From: Minutocellus sp. GHC0000111
Lineage: Eukaryota
DNA length: 64,000 bases
Direction: 5' to 3'
Assembly: GCA_977018835.1 (NCBI GenBank)
Contig: OZ361256.1
Location: forward strand, 2,728,001-2,792,000
This document shows positions 47,200 through 58,790 of the stretch, one piece after another. Each line of letters starts with the position of its first letter. The stretch's first letter is position 1. Position numbers and translations under genes: made by a program. A model generated the notes under the pieces. The model ran no database searches. It saw only the letters and a list, made by a program, of their open reading frames with translations, and was not told the origin of the DNA.

Positions 47200-48560
47200 A
47201 GATGAAAAATGGGCCATCGGAGATGTCGTTGGCCCATGGATCAACGGTCAGGAGAGGGCACTGAGTCAGTGGTCTGATCACCGTACGTACCGTACGTATG
47301 TATACGTACGTACGTGTCCCACGGTGTCAACATCTGAGACCAGTCATGGTTTAGCCCTCTGTCAAACTTGAAGTCCCCAATGGTCACTCCTGGGTCGTTG
47401 CTGACTGCATTGGTTTTGACCAAGTTGAGAATGTCTCTGGTTTCATCATCCATGTCTCCGTGAGCCTCGTAGTCATAGCACTCTTCATCTTCTGCTGTTG
47501 GCTCACTGTGTGTGGCTGGCGTTTCTTCACTTTGCGCTCTCTCACCCTGGCGTGCGCAATCTTGACTGACTGGGGGCAGCACGAGTCAGAAAGAAAGTTG
47601 TTGAACTCTTTGATCCATTGCTCTTTGCTTAGCCGGGGAGGTGTTGATGCTCTCCATGGCCTGTGCACTAGCAGCGTCACTCTGGCATGGTCCTTAGTGA
47701 CTGACTGGGAGAGTGTTGGTTGCCCCCCCTCCCTCCTCCCATCCAATGTGGAATGGCAGCTTTCTCAGTGTTCTTGCTGCCAATTTGTTGTTGGAACAGG
47801 TCACTGAGCGAAAGGTTAGGGTTCTTGGCAGCTATTTTTCTGCATTTTTGGCAACCAGTCCATTGTGGGTGTCTGATGTGAGCTTGTGGCAGCTGCCGGA
47901 CAAACCAATTGACTCTCGATGATGACATGCGTGATGATGGTCTCCGTGCACAGGATCAAGGGAAGCTTGTCTAGCTCCACCATGCACTCTTGTTTTGGCA
48001 CAAGTTTGCTGACCACGGCTCTGTTGAGCAGCTTCCTGGCCAATGTGATTGCATCATCAATGTTTCCTGACCTGACACCTCCTCAGCACTGGAAGTCGAA
48101 TCAGGGGATTGAGCATGCGCGTTGCAGCGTGAAAATGACACAATGAACGGAAACAGACGCGGGATCAGATTTCTTTTTGAACACTCGCGGGTGTTCAAAT
48201 GGAATTGGTCCCGTTATGAGGCGGCCGGCCAGATGGCGCGACCGGCGTCTGCTTGAACGTGCATCCATCGTTGAGGACATGGTGGTGATGGCGTTGTGGC
48301 GGTTGGGTGTGCAACTCTGTTCCGGAGTTTGATTCGTTGGAGATTCCCAAGGCACAAACCGGAGGACGACGCCAAGCAAGCAAGCAGAAACTGATGGCTC
48401 GAGAGCGCGCCGCCGCCCGGGTTCGGGAGCGACGCCAAAAGTTCGCAGGATGATTTTGGGGGAACTTCGGGCAGCACCACTCCGACTCTGCGTTGCTGTG
48501 TGCCAGTTCCTTCGTGGATTTCTACGGCAACAACTTCGGCATTCCGACCATCCAAGATTA
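47200..48560 (-). mobile_element. Degenerate Helitron-like (RepHel linker) relic
   Basis: Frameshifted fragments KLLNRAVVSKLVPKQECMVELDKLPL and HARVTLLVHRPW resemble the region downstream of the Helitron Rep domain. CpG- and TpA-poor. Hairpins at 47209-47238 and 48176-48199. Confidence 0.55.
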
Positions 48561-48915
48561 GGGGGGCAAGAATCACTATTCCGGTTACACAAGTCTAACT
48601 TTGACCATGTAAACTGTTTTCACATCCCCCTTTTTATGTTCCCTTCACTCCGCTGATGGACAGACACCGACCAAACGTAAACGGCACTTCGGAACTCGAA
48701 CTGGATAGCTCGACTGCTGAAAAGCTGAAAAGCGACAGAGTTTTCGGAATGACGATGGTGGTGTCAGCTGTCGGAAAGCCAGACGGCCAAGAAAGATTTT
48801 CTGTGAAGATCATGCAGAACGCAAAGCCAAGTTGATGGCATTGCGCATTCGTATTATCTCGTAAACTTTCTTTTGCCACCGCATGCTTGACTGATCTCGC
48901 TCCATTTTGACAAAC

Positions 48916-49685
48916 ATGCAGTCTCTTTCCGTCCTCGCAATCCTCCTCCTCGGTTCGTCTCCCGATAGCTCCTCCATGGTCTCGGCTTTCAGCCCATCGT
49001 CAGCCAACAAGATCAACCGAATTCGAACCAGAACCGGAACTTCGACTTCCACGTCCAACGCCATCGACAAGCCATCGTCGACAACTCTCTATCTGGAAGA
49101 TCACATTGCCGATTTAATCGATAGAGAGCTGGTTCGCGTGGGCAAGTTGAAGGAGTGGGAGGCGGAGTTTACAGGTGAGTGGTATGGTGTGATTGATACG
49201 ACTGGACACACAAAAGTATCACATCTCATGCATTGTTGGACGGTTGCTCGAGTTGTTTTCCCAACAACAACATTTCATACTCACTTATGCCAACGCCGCA
49301 AATTCTCCCACCACCAGCCAAGAACAAGCAATATCTCGAACCACTCTCCAATCCCGAGGCAGCCGAATCTCTCCTGTCCAACGAGCTGGGCGGTGGAAGC
49401 AACGGATCGTCATCTGGCTCCGATGCCATCAACCCCATGCAGCTCCGTCGCGACAAGAAGATGGCGGAGAAGAATCCGCAGCAGTACTGCGCCGATCGAT
49501 GTGTCGCCACCGGAAACTGTGAGGTTTATGAGGATATTTACCACATGACTCCCTCGCAGGTGATGGAGTTCTGCAACGATTGTGTCTTGGCTGAAGATGA
49601 GGACGCGGAATGTCCCGTTGATATGTTGTATGATGACGAAGATGATACCAGTGACCTTCGAACAAATAGTAAATTGAGGCCGTAG
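48916..49685 (+). CDS. Small plastid-targeted Cys-motif protein (exons 48916-49174, 49318-49685)
   Basis: Signal + VSAFSP. Intron gtgagt...ccaccag splices in frame (EFT|AKNK). C-terminal YCADRCVATGNC...FCNDC...C. Confidence 0.8.
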
Positions 49686-49920
49686 GATGATGAAAGATTT
49701 CTAGAGAAGAATGGGCAAACTTAGTAAAGAAAAGCTTGGCTTGATTATTCCAGAAGCAAACAAATTTCCATTCAGCCAGATGATCTTTCCAAACTAGCCG
49801 CCTTTCAATGAAATTTTAAGATTATATTATTATGCTCGACCACTCCTCACGCTTATGATCGCCCATATTGACGTTTGTAATGTAATAATGTACAGAATAA
49901 AGTACATGTTTGTGATTAAC

Positions 49921-50412
49921 TTATTCATCGATAATCGGAACATATCTATCCTCTGATTGTTTTCGATCTCTTATAATTGTTGAAGCCAAGGTATATGTAG
50001 CGAATGTATACGCGAAAGCATTGATGATACAATCTACCAGCATACCACCCGTATGATCATGCTTTGGCATCTTCCACTTGATGACCACAACAAGCGAATC
50101 GAGGAGGACGTACACCGCAACAAAAAGTTCGCCGTATGCCATGATCCTTCTTTTCTTCGATTCCTTTGTACTTGATTCGTTGTCCCTGTTCAAATCTTCG
50201 CGGACATTGCCGAATACACCGCATCCAATATCAAGACACCATATCGCCGAAGTGAGGAAGTTGTACATCAGATAAAACTGGCGCGCAAAATGATCGCCCG
50301 GTCGGTCAGGACCGAGAGCGATTAGCACGATGTCGAGGAGGGAAAAGATGAGGCAGAAAGAGTTTGTCGTAAGCCAAAAGTAAGGCGAGCGCATTTCAGC
50401 GGAGGCGCTCAT
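49921..50412 (-). CDS. Small 4-TM membrane protein
   Basis: 163-aa ORF with four hydrophobic segments. Confidence 0.65.
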   Translation of the reverse strand: MSASAEMRSPYFWLTTNSFCLIFSLLDIVLIALGPDRPGDHFARQFYLMYNFLTSAIWCLDIGCGVFGNVREDLNRDNESSTKESKKRRIMAYGELFVAVYVLLDSLVVVIKWKMPKHDHTGGMLVDCIINAFAYTFATYTLASTIIRDRKQSEDRYVPIIDE

Positions 50413-50669
50413 TTGCCGAACCTTTGCAAGTACTCAGTCTGGAAGCATACATTCGATCTATTGCACTGGGCGACCTCCACGTTCAGTGATTATGAGCCTC
50501 AATCCCCACGCATCTTTCTTCCGCGGATTCGTGCATGGAAACCTTAACCCCGAGTTGTCCTAAGCGACCCCCCAACCACATGCTTGGGCGACTGAATTAT
50601 TGCAGAGAATGGAGATCACGTGGTCAATTAACATCTTTAAGTGATCCTTTTACAAACCTAAGTGCTAAT

Positions 50670-52586
50670 TTATTCCTTATACTGAGGAAACTTTGTTTGT
50701 AGATGGTCGATGAGTTGGTTTTCAACATCGAATTCAACAACGTCATCATTAGGAAGATGATGATGACAGTGTCGTATTTGCCATTCTTCTTGTGCCGAAA
50801 GCACTTCTTGAAACGCCTTCCCTTGCATTCCAGGCAGCACATGTTTTTGAATCTGAGCTCCGCTCACGATGGGCTGTATCTTGTACTGACCTTCAAGCAT
50901 ATTGGAATCCAGGCCCAGTTCAATTTCGATGATGTGAATCAAACGAAAATATTTCTCGACTGCAACTGATAACGGCATTGGCAATAAAGTGAGGGAGAAC
51001 ACGATCGATTCTTTCCGCAATCTACCAAGAGGTCTAAGTGCTTTCCAAAAGCGCCACCGAAGATCAGACTTCTCTTGGTTTGATAAGTTGCTATTCATGA
51101 CATCTAAGTCCCCAACAAGATCTCGCAGATCAGTCGAACTTCGCAGAAGGGCTTCTATTGACTTTGCATCTGACTTTGAAAGTCTCAGCCCCTCTGCCAA
51201 AAGTCGATGGAAGGCAGTTTGCTTCCTATCACGTTTACTCGTACCATTCAAAAGCGAATCGTCGCAGAGCTCATACAAAGGCTTGAGAAATGATGCGTAG
51301 AACAGATGCCTCCGTCTTGTATCATTCCATTCCACCCCATCGGTAAATATTCGACTTGCAAGGGTTTGTACCCGAGACAAAGAGTCCAGTCCCGCCAGAA
51401 ATATTGTTATTTGCACCGGCGTCGGCACCTTGTAGTCTCCCAGCGGGAATATCACATCGATCAGATTGGTGGCCAGCAACAATTTGATAGCCCTGGATGG
51501 ATCGCGAGTGCCAAAGCACGCATCGATGCCTTTCCCCATAGCATCGCGCGAAACTTTAGTCTGCATGGCATATCGCACGCGCAAATCACCGGCAGCCCGA
51601 AACAGTTTCGGATCAATCGTCCAGCTCAGCTGTGCTGCAAATCGAATGGCTCGCAGAAGCCTGGTTGGATCCTCGAGAAATGTCTTGAGTGTTGGTCGTG
51701 GAGTGGCAATGTTGCGCAGCTGCAGGTCCTGCAGACCCTGCTCAGTCCAGTCCTCCACCTGATTGGTGTTGATGTTGTAATAGAGCGCGTTGATGGTCAG
51801 ATCACGCCTCCAGGCATCTTCCACAATGGATCCTACGTCCACCTTGTCTGGTATCCGGTCGTCGCCGTATCGTTCATTGCGCAATCGCACAAAGTCGAGA
51901 TCGAATCCATTTATGCACAGGCTCGCCGTTTGCAGATGGTCCGCCTTTTCTCCCTTGCTACTTTTCTTTGGTGTTTGTCTCGCGTTGTTATCATCTTCAG
52001 CCTCAGAGTCTAGCATTCCCAAGAGATTCTCATCGTCCAAATATCGTCGCAGCATATCGACAAATTCCATTCCCGACACATCCGAAAGCACCAAATCGAT
52101 GTCTCGGCACGGCGCGTTGGACTGCTGCAACAGCTTATCCCGTACCCACCCACCAGCGACGCGGATGGTGGTGCTGCGACAATATCGATTCCGTGCCGCA
52201 ATGAGCAGATCAAACAATTCCTTCTCGCTTGACGATAGAGAGATTGTGCGAGAAAGTTGTGCCACGTCGGTGTCGTACAATTGGCTATCGGGCGCGTCAT
52301 TGAGCAGCTCGGGATATTGCAGGGCTGCGGATTTGGATTTGGATTCACCGACTCGTCGAGAGGAATCGAGTATATTGGCGGCAGCAAAGAGCATCTCGTC
52401 GATGGAGGCCGGGGCTACTGCTGACGCGGCAGTCGTGATGAGACTTGAGGGGTCCAATCTGGCACTGCCCGACGCGACGGATTGAGCGACTTGGATGGCC
52501 TGGGCCAGGAAATCTGGCTGGAAGGCTGATGATTGGGGTATCAGATAGGCGATTATTACGGATCGGAGTAGTTGGTTGGTCGTCAT
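50670..52586 (-). CDS. tRNA nucleotidyltransferase (CCA-adding enzyme / poly(A) polymerase family), plastid-targeted
   Basis: RVAGGWVRDKLL, DIDL, RRDLTINAL, EDPTRLLRAIRFA; signal + SSAF. Confidence 0.9.
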   Translation of the reverse strand: MTTNQLLRSVIIAYLIPQSSAFQPDFLAQAIQVAQSVASGSARLDPSSLITTAASAVAPASIDEMLFAAANILDSSRRVGESKSKSAALQYPELLNDAPDSQLYDTDVAQLSRTISLSSSEKELFDLLIAARNRYCRSTTIRVAGGWVRDKLLQQSNAPCRDIDLVLSDVSGMEFVDMLRRYLDDENLLGMLDSEAEDDNNARQTPKKSSKGEKADHLQTASLCINGFDLDFVRLRNERYGDDRIPDKVDVGSIVEDAWRRDLTINALYYNINTNQVEDWTEQGLQDLQLRNIATPRPTLKTFLEDPTRLLRAIRFAAQLSWTIDPKLFRAAGDLRVRYAMQTKVSRDAMGKGIDACFGTRDPSRAIKLLLATNLIDVIFPLGDYKVPTPVQITIFLAGLDSLSRVQTLASRIFTDGVEWNDTRRRHLFYASFLKPLYELCDDSLLNGTSKRDRKQTAFHRLLAEGLRLSKSDAKSIEALLRSSTDLRDLVGDLDVMNSNLSNQEKSDLRWRFWKALRPLGRLRKESIVFSLTLLPMPLSVAVEKYFRLIHIIEIELGLDSNMLEGQYKIQPIVSGAQIQKHVLPGMQGKAFQEVLSAQEEWQIRHCHHHLPNDDVVEFDVENQLIDHLQTKFPQYKE

Positions 52587-52876
52587 TGTAGTTATTACTG
52601 GGCGGCAAGTGGCTTTGGTATGTCGCCTTCATCTTGCTGATGAGATCGAGAACAAAAATGGCCAGCGCATACACAGTCGAATGAGTCAGAAGAGGCAGAA
52701 GCCAACAACGTCAAAGCAACGTCGAACAGAAACGAAAGCACTTACCGAAGTATTTTGCCAAGATTGATGAGCCGACGAGATCGGCATGCATTTCAGCCAG
52801 CCATGCGGGCCGTCGCCTTCCTTGCCATTCATATTGTTTCCTCCAGCAGCCCAAGCACCCAAAAGTGCTCACCACC

Positions 52877-54359
52877 ATGGCTGGACCCGATCGCAAAGAC
52901 TCTCCCAAGATGGCCCAGAGGACCCTCTCGGCCGTGTCGAAGCAGTACGATTTCGACGGCGACGGCAAGCTCGACGAGGCCGAGCAGGCGCTGTAAGTTT
53001 TGTTCTTTTGAATTGCACTTTCACGACCTGCCGCCACCCAAGAGGTGCTTCCATTGATGCATGCATATTGGCCTGCATAGATTGATTCATTCAACCCCCT
53101 TCGTGAGTTTTTCATTTCTTTTTTTTTCTCGCATCTTGCTCCCTTCTCTTCCTTTCTTTGCAGCCGCAACATGGACACGGAAAATTCCGTCAAGCTCAGC
53201 AACGAAAAGGTCTACGCCCTCATGCAGAAACAGCTCGCGTTGCAGCATCAGAACGTCACGCAGCGCAAGCTCATTATTGGTCTGTCGGTGTTCGCCGTGG
53301 TACTGGCCCTGGCCAACATGGGCACCGCCTTTGCCGCCGCTCGGTTGGCGCAGGACACTTCCCTCAGTGGCCCTCCCGAGGTTTCGGCCTCTACTACGAG
53401 CAATCAGCAGCGTCGGCTTGGTGGTGCGGCCAACGATGCAGCAGTAGCTGAGGAATATGTCCCTCAGGATGTCATGATCTCCAAGGAGGACGGCAACATT
53501 GTCGGCACTCGTACCGTTTCAGGCACTACCGTCAATATGGAGGTCGAATACACCGAAAGTCATGGTTATGACGACACCGGAATAATGCCGACCAACAAGC
53601 TCCCCACCTACGCCTGCGTCGATCTTCAAACTGTAGCGGGCATGTACAACAGCATCGCCGAGGGGTCGACGGCATCGGTGCGCATTCACAACGCAAACGC
53701 CGATGTAGAAGCTGGGGAAATGCAGAACGTTGCCGAGACGTATGGGCGGGTGGGACAATCCGGTACCAGTGTTGTCTTCTTTCCCAATTCCAGGGGTAAT
53801 ATTCCAGGCCTGACCGTGGCTCTTGATGATGATCGATGTGCCGATGACTCGGTTGTGCCGACCAGGAGCAGGGGGCTGCGCAATAGGAATGACAACAGCC
53901 GCCATCTGGCTCGATCCAAGCACGTACAGAATATATTTCAGGCACTTACTCACACCGCCTCCAGAGTCAGGAAGGCTGCTCAGCGCATCCTCGAGGCTAC
54001 CGATGCTAATGACGACGAGGCAACCGAAACCAGGGAAGATGTTCATGGTGATGCAGAAGCAGAGAAAGCCCATGCTCAGTTTGTTGCCGATGCCCTTGGT
54101 CTTGAGGACATTCCGGAGGATGTGCTCGGTGCCGATAGCGAGACTGTCTGACGTGGAATTCTTGAACCAGATCTTTGGCGGACAGTTTGACACTCCCTTC
54201 TTTTATGCGGAGGATGTCAACCGCGTCCCGGTTTTTGTGGAGGGTAATTTCTACCTTGACTTCGTCCCCGAGGAGGGGGGTGTCGAGGACCTTCCAGTAT
54301 TTGATCCGAATGCCGAGCCGGATGAGCAGGATGGATCGGGCGAAAATACTTCGGTCTAA
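52877..54359 (+). CDS. EF-hand + single-TM protein (intron 52993-53163; probable frameshift near 54140)
   Basis: YDFDGDGKLDEAE EF-hand; gtaagt...gcag splices AL|RNMD in frame; TM IIGLSVFAVVLALANMG; RRL motifs. A coding-like acidic tail continues in another frame to 54359. Confidence 0.75.
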
Positions 54360-54460
54360 GCTAGAAAAATTAGTCAGATGGCAAAACACCACGGTCGTAC
54401 ATGTATGTAGGTTTTACCTTTGAATTACACAAAACATATAATTCCCACAATTGACGTTTC

Positions 54461-55915
54461 TCAGGGCTCTGCCTTTCCCTCTCTGCCATGAGCATAACTA
54501 TTCCAATCCACATCTACCGCTTGACAAAGTTCCTTCTCGTCATCTCGACTCAGATCACTGCGAATGCCCTGCCTCCTCCGGTTAGTGCCCGAGCATTGCA
54601 AAAAGGCTGGTCCACAGAGCTTCTCATCACACTCGTAGCATCGATTGATCTTACCGTCGGCGTGGTTCTTGGGGTCCCAATCGATGTACTGGCTCTTTAG
54701 GCAGGTAAAGACACATTTTTGGACGCCGCACACCATATTGTCCAGCCAGCAGTCTAGACATGGTGGAGTGAAGCCAACCTTGGCTTCCATACAGCTTTGT
54801 GAGATGGATCGATACGTGCCAATACCACGCAGGAGGAATACTGATCCCAAAAAGGCACGGACGCTGCATCCACGGGCAGTATCGGTCAAAGTTTGGGTGG
54901 TTTGAGCCAAAATAGTCATATCGTTCGTCGTGGAACACTTGCCACATTGTCCACAGTGAACAATATCCACTCCCCCACTGTCACTCCCACCGCTCTCCTC
55001 TTCGGCATCATCATTGTACATACGAGCGCGCTTGGCCGAGGCAAAGGTCATGGAATTGGGCACTTTGCCTTCGTCGGAATCCGCCTTGACCCTACCGCAA
55101 ACTCGATGATCTTCCGTGTACAATGCCTGAGTATTCGTCGCATTCTCAATCGCCTTGTGCTCCATGTGCGCTCCAATGAAAACATTGCCGCAGAGGATGA
55201 CAGCCTCGACGAGGGTTACGAATAAAAGTATCCTGAGCCACTTTCGAACACTGGCGGGATTGTCCAAAATGTCCGATACGGACTTGGTAGCTGCGGTGAA
55301 GGGACTGCCAATGCCGTTGGATGTCCGGGTACTTATGATAGAAGGTGATGGGTCAAGCGAGACTGATGTTTTGGTTGCTCGTTTCTTCTTTGGCGTGACC
55401 GGAGGACTCTCCGAAGCAGCAGCAGTCGAAGCAGCAGCTGCTGCCTTGGCACGAAATGCAGCAGCTCCCGATGGAGCATTCGATCTTCTCTCGGGCGTAC
55501 GAGATCCTTTGCTCCCAGGCCGTGGCGTGAGCTGCTTGGTTTGTGCTGACGCCGCTGCTTTCGCCGGCATCGGCAGAGTTGGAGCTGCATTCTTTCGCCG
55601 AGCGGGGCTTCTCGCCTTTGCTCGTGCTGCGGCAGCAGCTTGGGCTGAAAATTGAGCGCTTGCATTCGTTTCTCTTTCATTGCCGTGAGCAGTCTTCCGG
55701 ACCTTGCGCTTCCTTCCGTCGCTTTCGGGGAACATATTATTGCCTCCATTCCCATCACTTTGGGCTTCCTGCTTGTCTCGCGATCTCTTTCGGCCACGAG
55801 ATGTGCTGCCAGCAGCCTTGGATACGGCATCAGTGCTGACTTTCGTAGATTTCTTCGCCGCAGATGGTGGGCTTTCAGGCGGGGTCATGTCTTCGTCATC
55901 ATCAGCGGCGGCCAT
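54461..55915 (-). CDS. Single-TM protein with Cys-rich C-terminal domain of unknown function
   Basis: Basic low-complexity N-terminus, TM, then HCGQCGKCST, CLDCWLDNMVC and CDEKLCGPAFLQCSGTNRRRQGI. Confidence 0.75.
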   Translation of the reverse strand: MAAADDDEDMTPPESPPSAAKKSTKVSTDAVSKAAGSTSRGRKRSRDKQEAQSDGNGGNNMFPESDGRKRKVRKTAHGNERETNASAQFSAQAAAAARAKARSPARRKNAAPTLPMPAKAAASAQTKQLTPRPGSKGSRTPERRSNAPSGAAAFRAKAAAAASTAAASESPPVTPKKKRATKTSVSLDPSPSIISTRTSNGIGSPFTAATKSVSDILDNPASVRKWLRILLFVTLVEAVILCGNVFIGAHMEHKAIENATNTQALYTEDHRVCGRVKADSDEGKVPNSMTFASAKRARMYNDDAEEESGGSDSGGVDIVHCGQCGKCSTTNDMTILAQTTQTLTDTARGCSVRAFLGSVFLLRGIGTYRSISQSCMEAKVGFTPPCLDCWLDNMVCGVQKCVFTCLKSQYIDWDPKNHADGKINRCYECDEKLCGPAFLQCSGTNRRRQGIRSDLSRDDEKELCQAVDVDWNSYAHGREGKAEP

Positions 55916-56266
55916 GGTTGCGGCGCTCTTTGAATAATAATGGGTTGGTTGGCCGAAGGAATATGAATTCTCCAATTCTTTCTCTTATTGGATGAATTCA
56001 AATATTTCCTTATTCGCAGACCACACCAGTCAAACCATCGAGCGTCACAACCCAGAGGTGGCACCAGAATAGAAGCAGAGGAGTTGCTTCCAGGACCAAG
56101 CAGACTTGCTCCGTAGCGGCCTTGTCTATTGTCACTTGGATAGCTGCACATTTTTGCCTCGCCGAAGGCACATTCTTCATTTGACTGAATCCGACATATC
56201 TTGCCTCTACTTTCAGACACGAAAAAAAGATCCACCCAAATCTTCTCTTCAACTTGAACAAGAAGA

Positions 56267-57700
56267 ATGGGTATGCCTCCTTTACGCTCAATCGCATGCA
56301 TATTTGCATCTGCATGCCTTTGCCGCGTGCAATCATTTCCCATTTCTCGATCGCCAATAAGATCAGCGTCAGCCTTGAGGGCCGTATCCTTTCGCTACTC
56401 TCCATCTGCCTTGGACCATCTGGCGCTGTTGGATGACGAGAGACCCCAAACGCCCGCGATGGATGATTCCACAGCCCAACACGAAATTGCAGAGGACAAT
56501 AGTACCAGCTCTATGGCAACAATCGGTGCTCTGGGCGCCATGGCACTGACCATTGTCATTTGTCAACTGGTCATCATCCCCACAGCCTCCATCTCGTCGG
56601 AATATGCCGATGGCATCACCTTATTATCTGCTGCAGCCTCGGCCATTGCAGGATATAAATTGCTTGGTGGAGACGAAGCACGGGCAGCCAACTTGCCGAA
56701 AGATGGGGGATATGATGCCAAATTTGTGGTCGACAAGCCAGGAAGGATAAGGGATATTGTTGGGCGAATACAAAAAGAAGACGGATACAATATTGTCGTG
56801 TCCAACGAAGAGGGACGAGATTTGAGCGATGCCTTGCGGCTCATCAATCAGGTTCACGGCGAGGAATACATCAGAGAAGTCAAAGAAGCCGTGAAAGATG
56901 CTAGGCAGACTGCTCGGATCAGGCGTCTTCATCCAGTGGTGATGCGCACATTGATTGACGAGCATTCCTACGATGCAGCAGTTGCCGGTGTTGCTGATTG
57001 GATTGATTCGGTCGATTCTGTCATGAAGCCCGAAAGGAATGCCAATGAAGTTTCATTCGCTCTGACTCGGCCGCCATCTCATCATGCGTGTGCATCTCGG
57101 GGTATGGGTGGGTGCCTGCTGAATGGCCCGGCAATTGCGGCTTTCCGAGCGCTAGAATTGGGAGCAAATAGTGTAGCGATACTCGATATTGATGCCCATC
57201 ATGGCAATGGAATTGCCAATTGCGTACAAAACGAAGCACGGATACGATATTGTTCGATTCATGAAGAAGTTATCGAGAAGAATTGGTTCAAGAGTGAAAA
57301 GGACGTGGAGAAGAAGGAAAAGAGTGTCGACCCGAGAAGTCCCTTTGCTGATGACAAAGGACCACTGGGGAATATTCTCAATATACCGCTGGCCAAGGGA
57401 ACCATCTGGGAGGGCGAAAGTGGATACAAAGAGGCGCTGGTAGAACGAGTATTACCATTCCTCACAAGTGACGGAAAGGATATGCCCCAGGTCCTTATTT
57501 TAGCAGCGGGATTTGATGCATTGGAGGTCGACGCTACGAGTGGTTTGAAGCTCCAGAAGGAGGACTTTCGAGAAATTGGGCGTATATTGCATGATAATTT
57601 TGGAAACAGGGTGGCTATTGGATTAGAAGGTGGATATGTCTGGCAAGATGGGGCGTTGGGCGAGGCCGTAGTACAGCTGGTGCAGCCTTGGGCGGAGTGA
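56267..57700 (+). CDS. Zn-dependent histone deacetylase-family protein, probably plastid-targeted
   Basis: RPPSHHA, LDIDAHHGNG, AAGFDA, LEGGY; signal + VQSF. Confidence 0.9.
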   Translation: MGMPPLRSIACIFASACLCRVQSFPISRSPIRSASALRAVSFRYSPSALDHLALLDDERPQTPAMDDSTAQHEIAEDNSTSSMATIGALGAMALTIVICQLVIIPTASISSEYADGITLLSAAASAIAGYKLLGGDEARAANLPKDGGYDAKFVVDKPGRIRDIVGRIQKEDGYNIVVSNEEGRDLSDALRLINQVHGEEYIREVKEAVKDARQTARIRRLHPVVMRTLIDEHSYDAAVAGVADWIDSVDSVMKPERNANEVSFALTRPPSHHACASRGMGGCLLNGPAIAAFRALELGANSVAILDIDAHHGNGIANCVQNEARIRYCSIHEEVIEKNWFKSEKDVEKKEKSVDPRSPFADDKGPLGNILNIPLAKGTIWEGESGYKEALVERVLPFLTSDGKDMPQVLILAAGFDALEVDATSGLKLQKEDFREIGRILHDNFGNRVAIGLEGGYVWQDGALGEAVVQLVQPWAE

Positions 57701-57724
57701 TAGGAGTATTGCATGATTCGGCGA

Positions 57725-58326
57725 TTACACTAGCTTCACCATCCTTCTCTCTTCGACCTTGTTGCGACACATAGGGCACTCGTCGACAAGATGCTGGCAC
57801 TCGTGACACAGGGCAAGATGAGAACAAGGAAATAAAGCCACGCATTTGTCGGCAGCTTGGCAGATCACGCACTCCTTCATCCTCTCCAGGCTCAGTAGAT
57901 GAGCGGCAGCTGACTTCTTCTCTTTCTCGATCTCGCATTGGAGCTTGGATATTTCGGCAGCCTGATTTGCGTTTTCAACCTTGACTTTGACGAGAGCTTG
58001 TTGGTAATTAGCCATGGTACGAAACGCGCTGCATTCGCCTTCTGGCTCACCGAATACGTGTGTTTGCGCATCGACACTAGATATTCCAACAGCAATGTCG
58101 TTCGGTTGTGGCAATGCCACTCCTTCGGCTTTCGAAATTTACGTCTGCTACTTTTCATAAGGCGAGCAAATTCATCTTTTCTCGTTCTCGGATTCTCTCC
58201 ATTCTTTCCTTTTTGGTAGGCTCCTGTTTCGATCGGCATTTCTACTTGATGAGAAGAATACCTTGATTTCATGGCCTCAAACCTTTTAGCTGCAAAATCA
58301 AAATCATCATTTCCAGTTCTCTTCAT
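57725..58326 (-). CDS. Coiled-coil + C3HC4 RING protein (1-nt frameshift near 58139)
   Basis: ECVICQ..VALFPCSHLALCHEC..VDECPMCR. One extra A in CGTAAATTTCG joins the upstream ATG frame. Confidence 0.75.
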
Positions 58327-58503
58327 GATTGAAGATTGCTGGCTACATGTATTGTAGTTGATCGATCTCAACAAATGAAAGAAATCGAGTGCCTTGTTTG
58401 TTAGTGGTATGCCAGTACAAATATGTGTGCAAAACTCTTGCTGCTGCTAAAAATAAGAGAGGGAAAGAAGGGGAGGTTCTTAAATCCGCGCAATAATTCT
58501 TTG

Positions 58504-58790
58504 ATCCGCACCAAACTAAGAGATGTAACTCTTAAATCCGCCAAACTAAGAGATGTAACTCTTAAATCTGCACCAAACCAAGAGATGTAACTCTTAAATC
58601 CGCCAAATTAAGAGATGTAACTCTTAAATCTGCACCAAACCAAGAGATGTAACTCTTAAATCCGCCAAATTAAGAGATGTAACTCTTAAATCTGCACCAA
58701 ACCAAGAGATGTAACTCTTGAATCCGCCAAATTAAGAGATGTAACTCTTAAATCTGCACCAAACCAAGAGATGCAACTATTCAATCCGCC
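58504..58790. repeat. Tandem array of 9 units alternating 32/30 bp, each with an AAGAG-ATGTAA-CTCTT hairpin
   Basis: atc(c/t)gc(ac)caaa(ct/cc/tt)aagagatgtaactcttaa repeated nine times, read directly from the sequence. Confidence 0.95.

Noticed and set aside
24055..58145. Programmed frameshifting or mass pseudogenisation (shifts near 24060, 39030, 43675, 45855, 54140, 58139)
   Set aside because: Each is fixed by restoring 1-2 nt in a homopolymer or GA run, the typical long-read consensus error; no shared slippery motif.
58504..58790. CRISPR array
   Set aside because: Palindromic repeats, but the intervening segments are short and near-identical rather than unique spacers; no cas genes; eukaryotic context.
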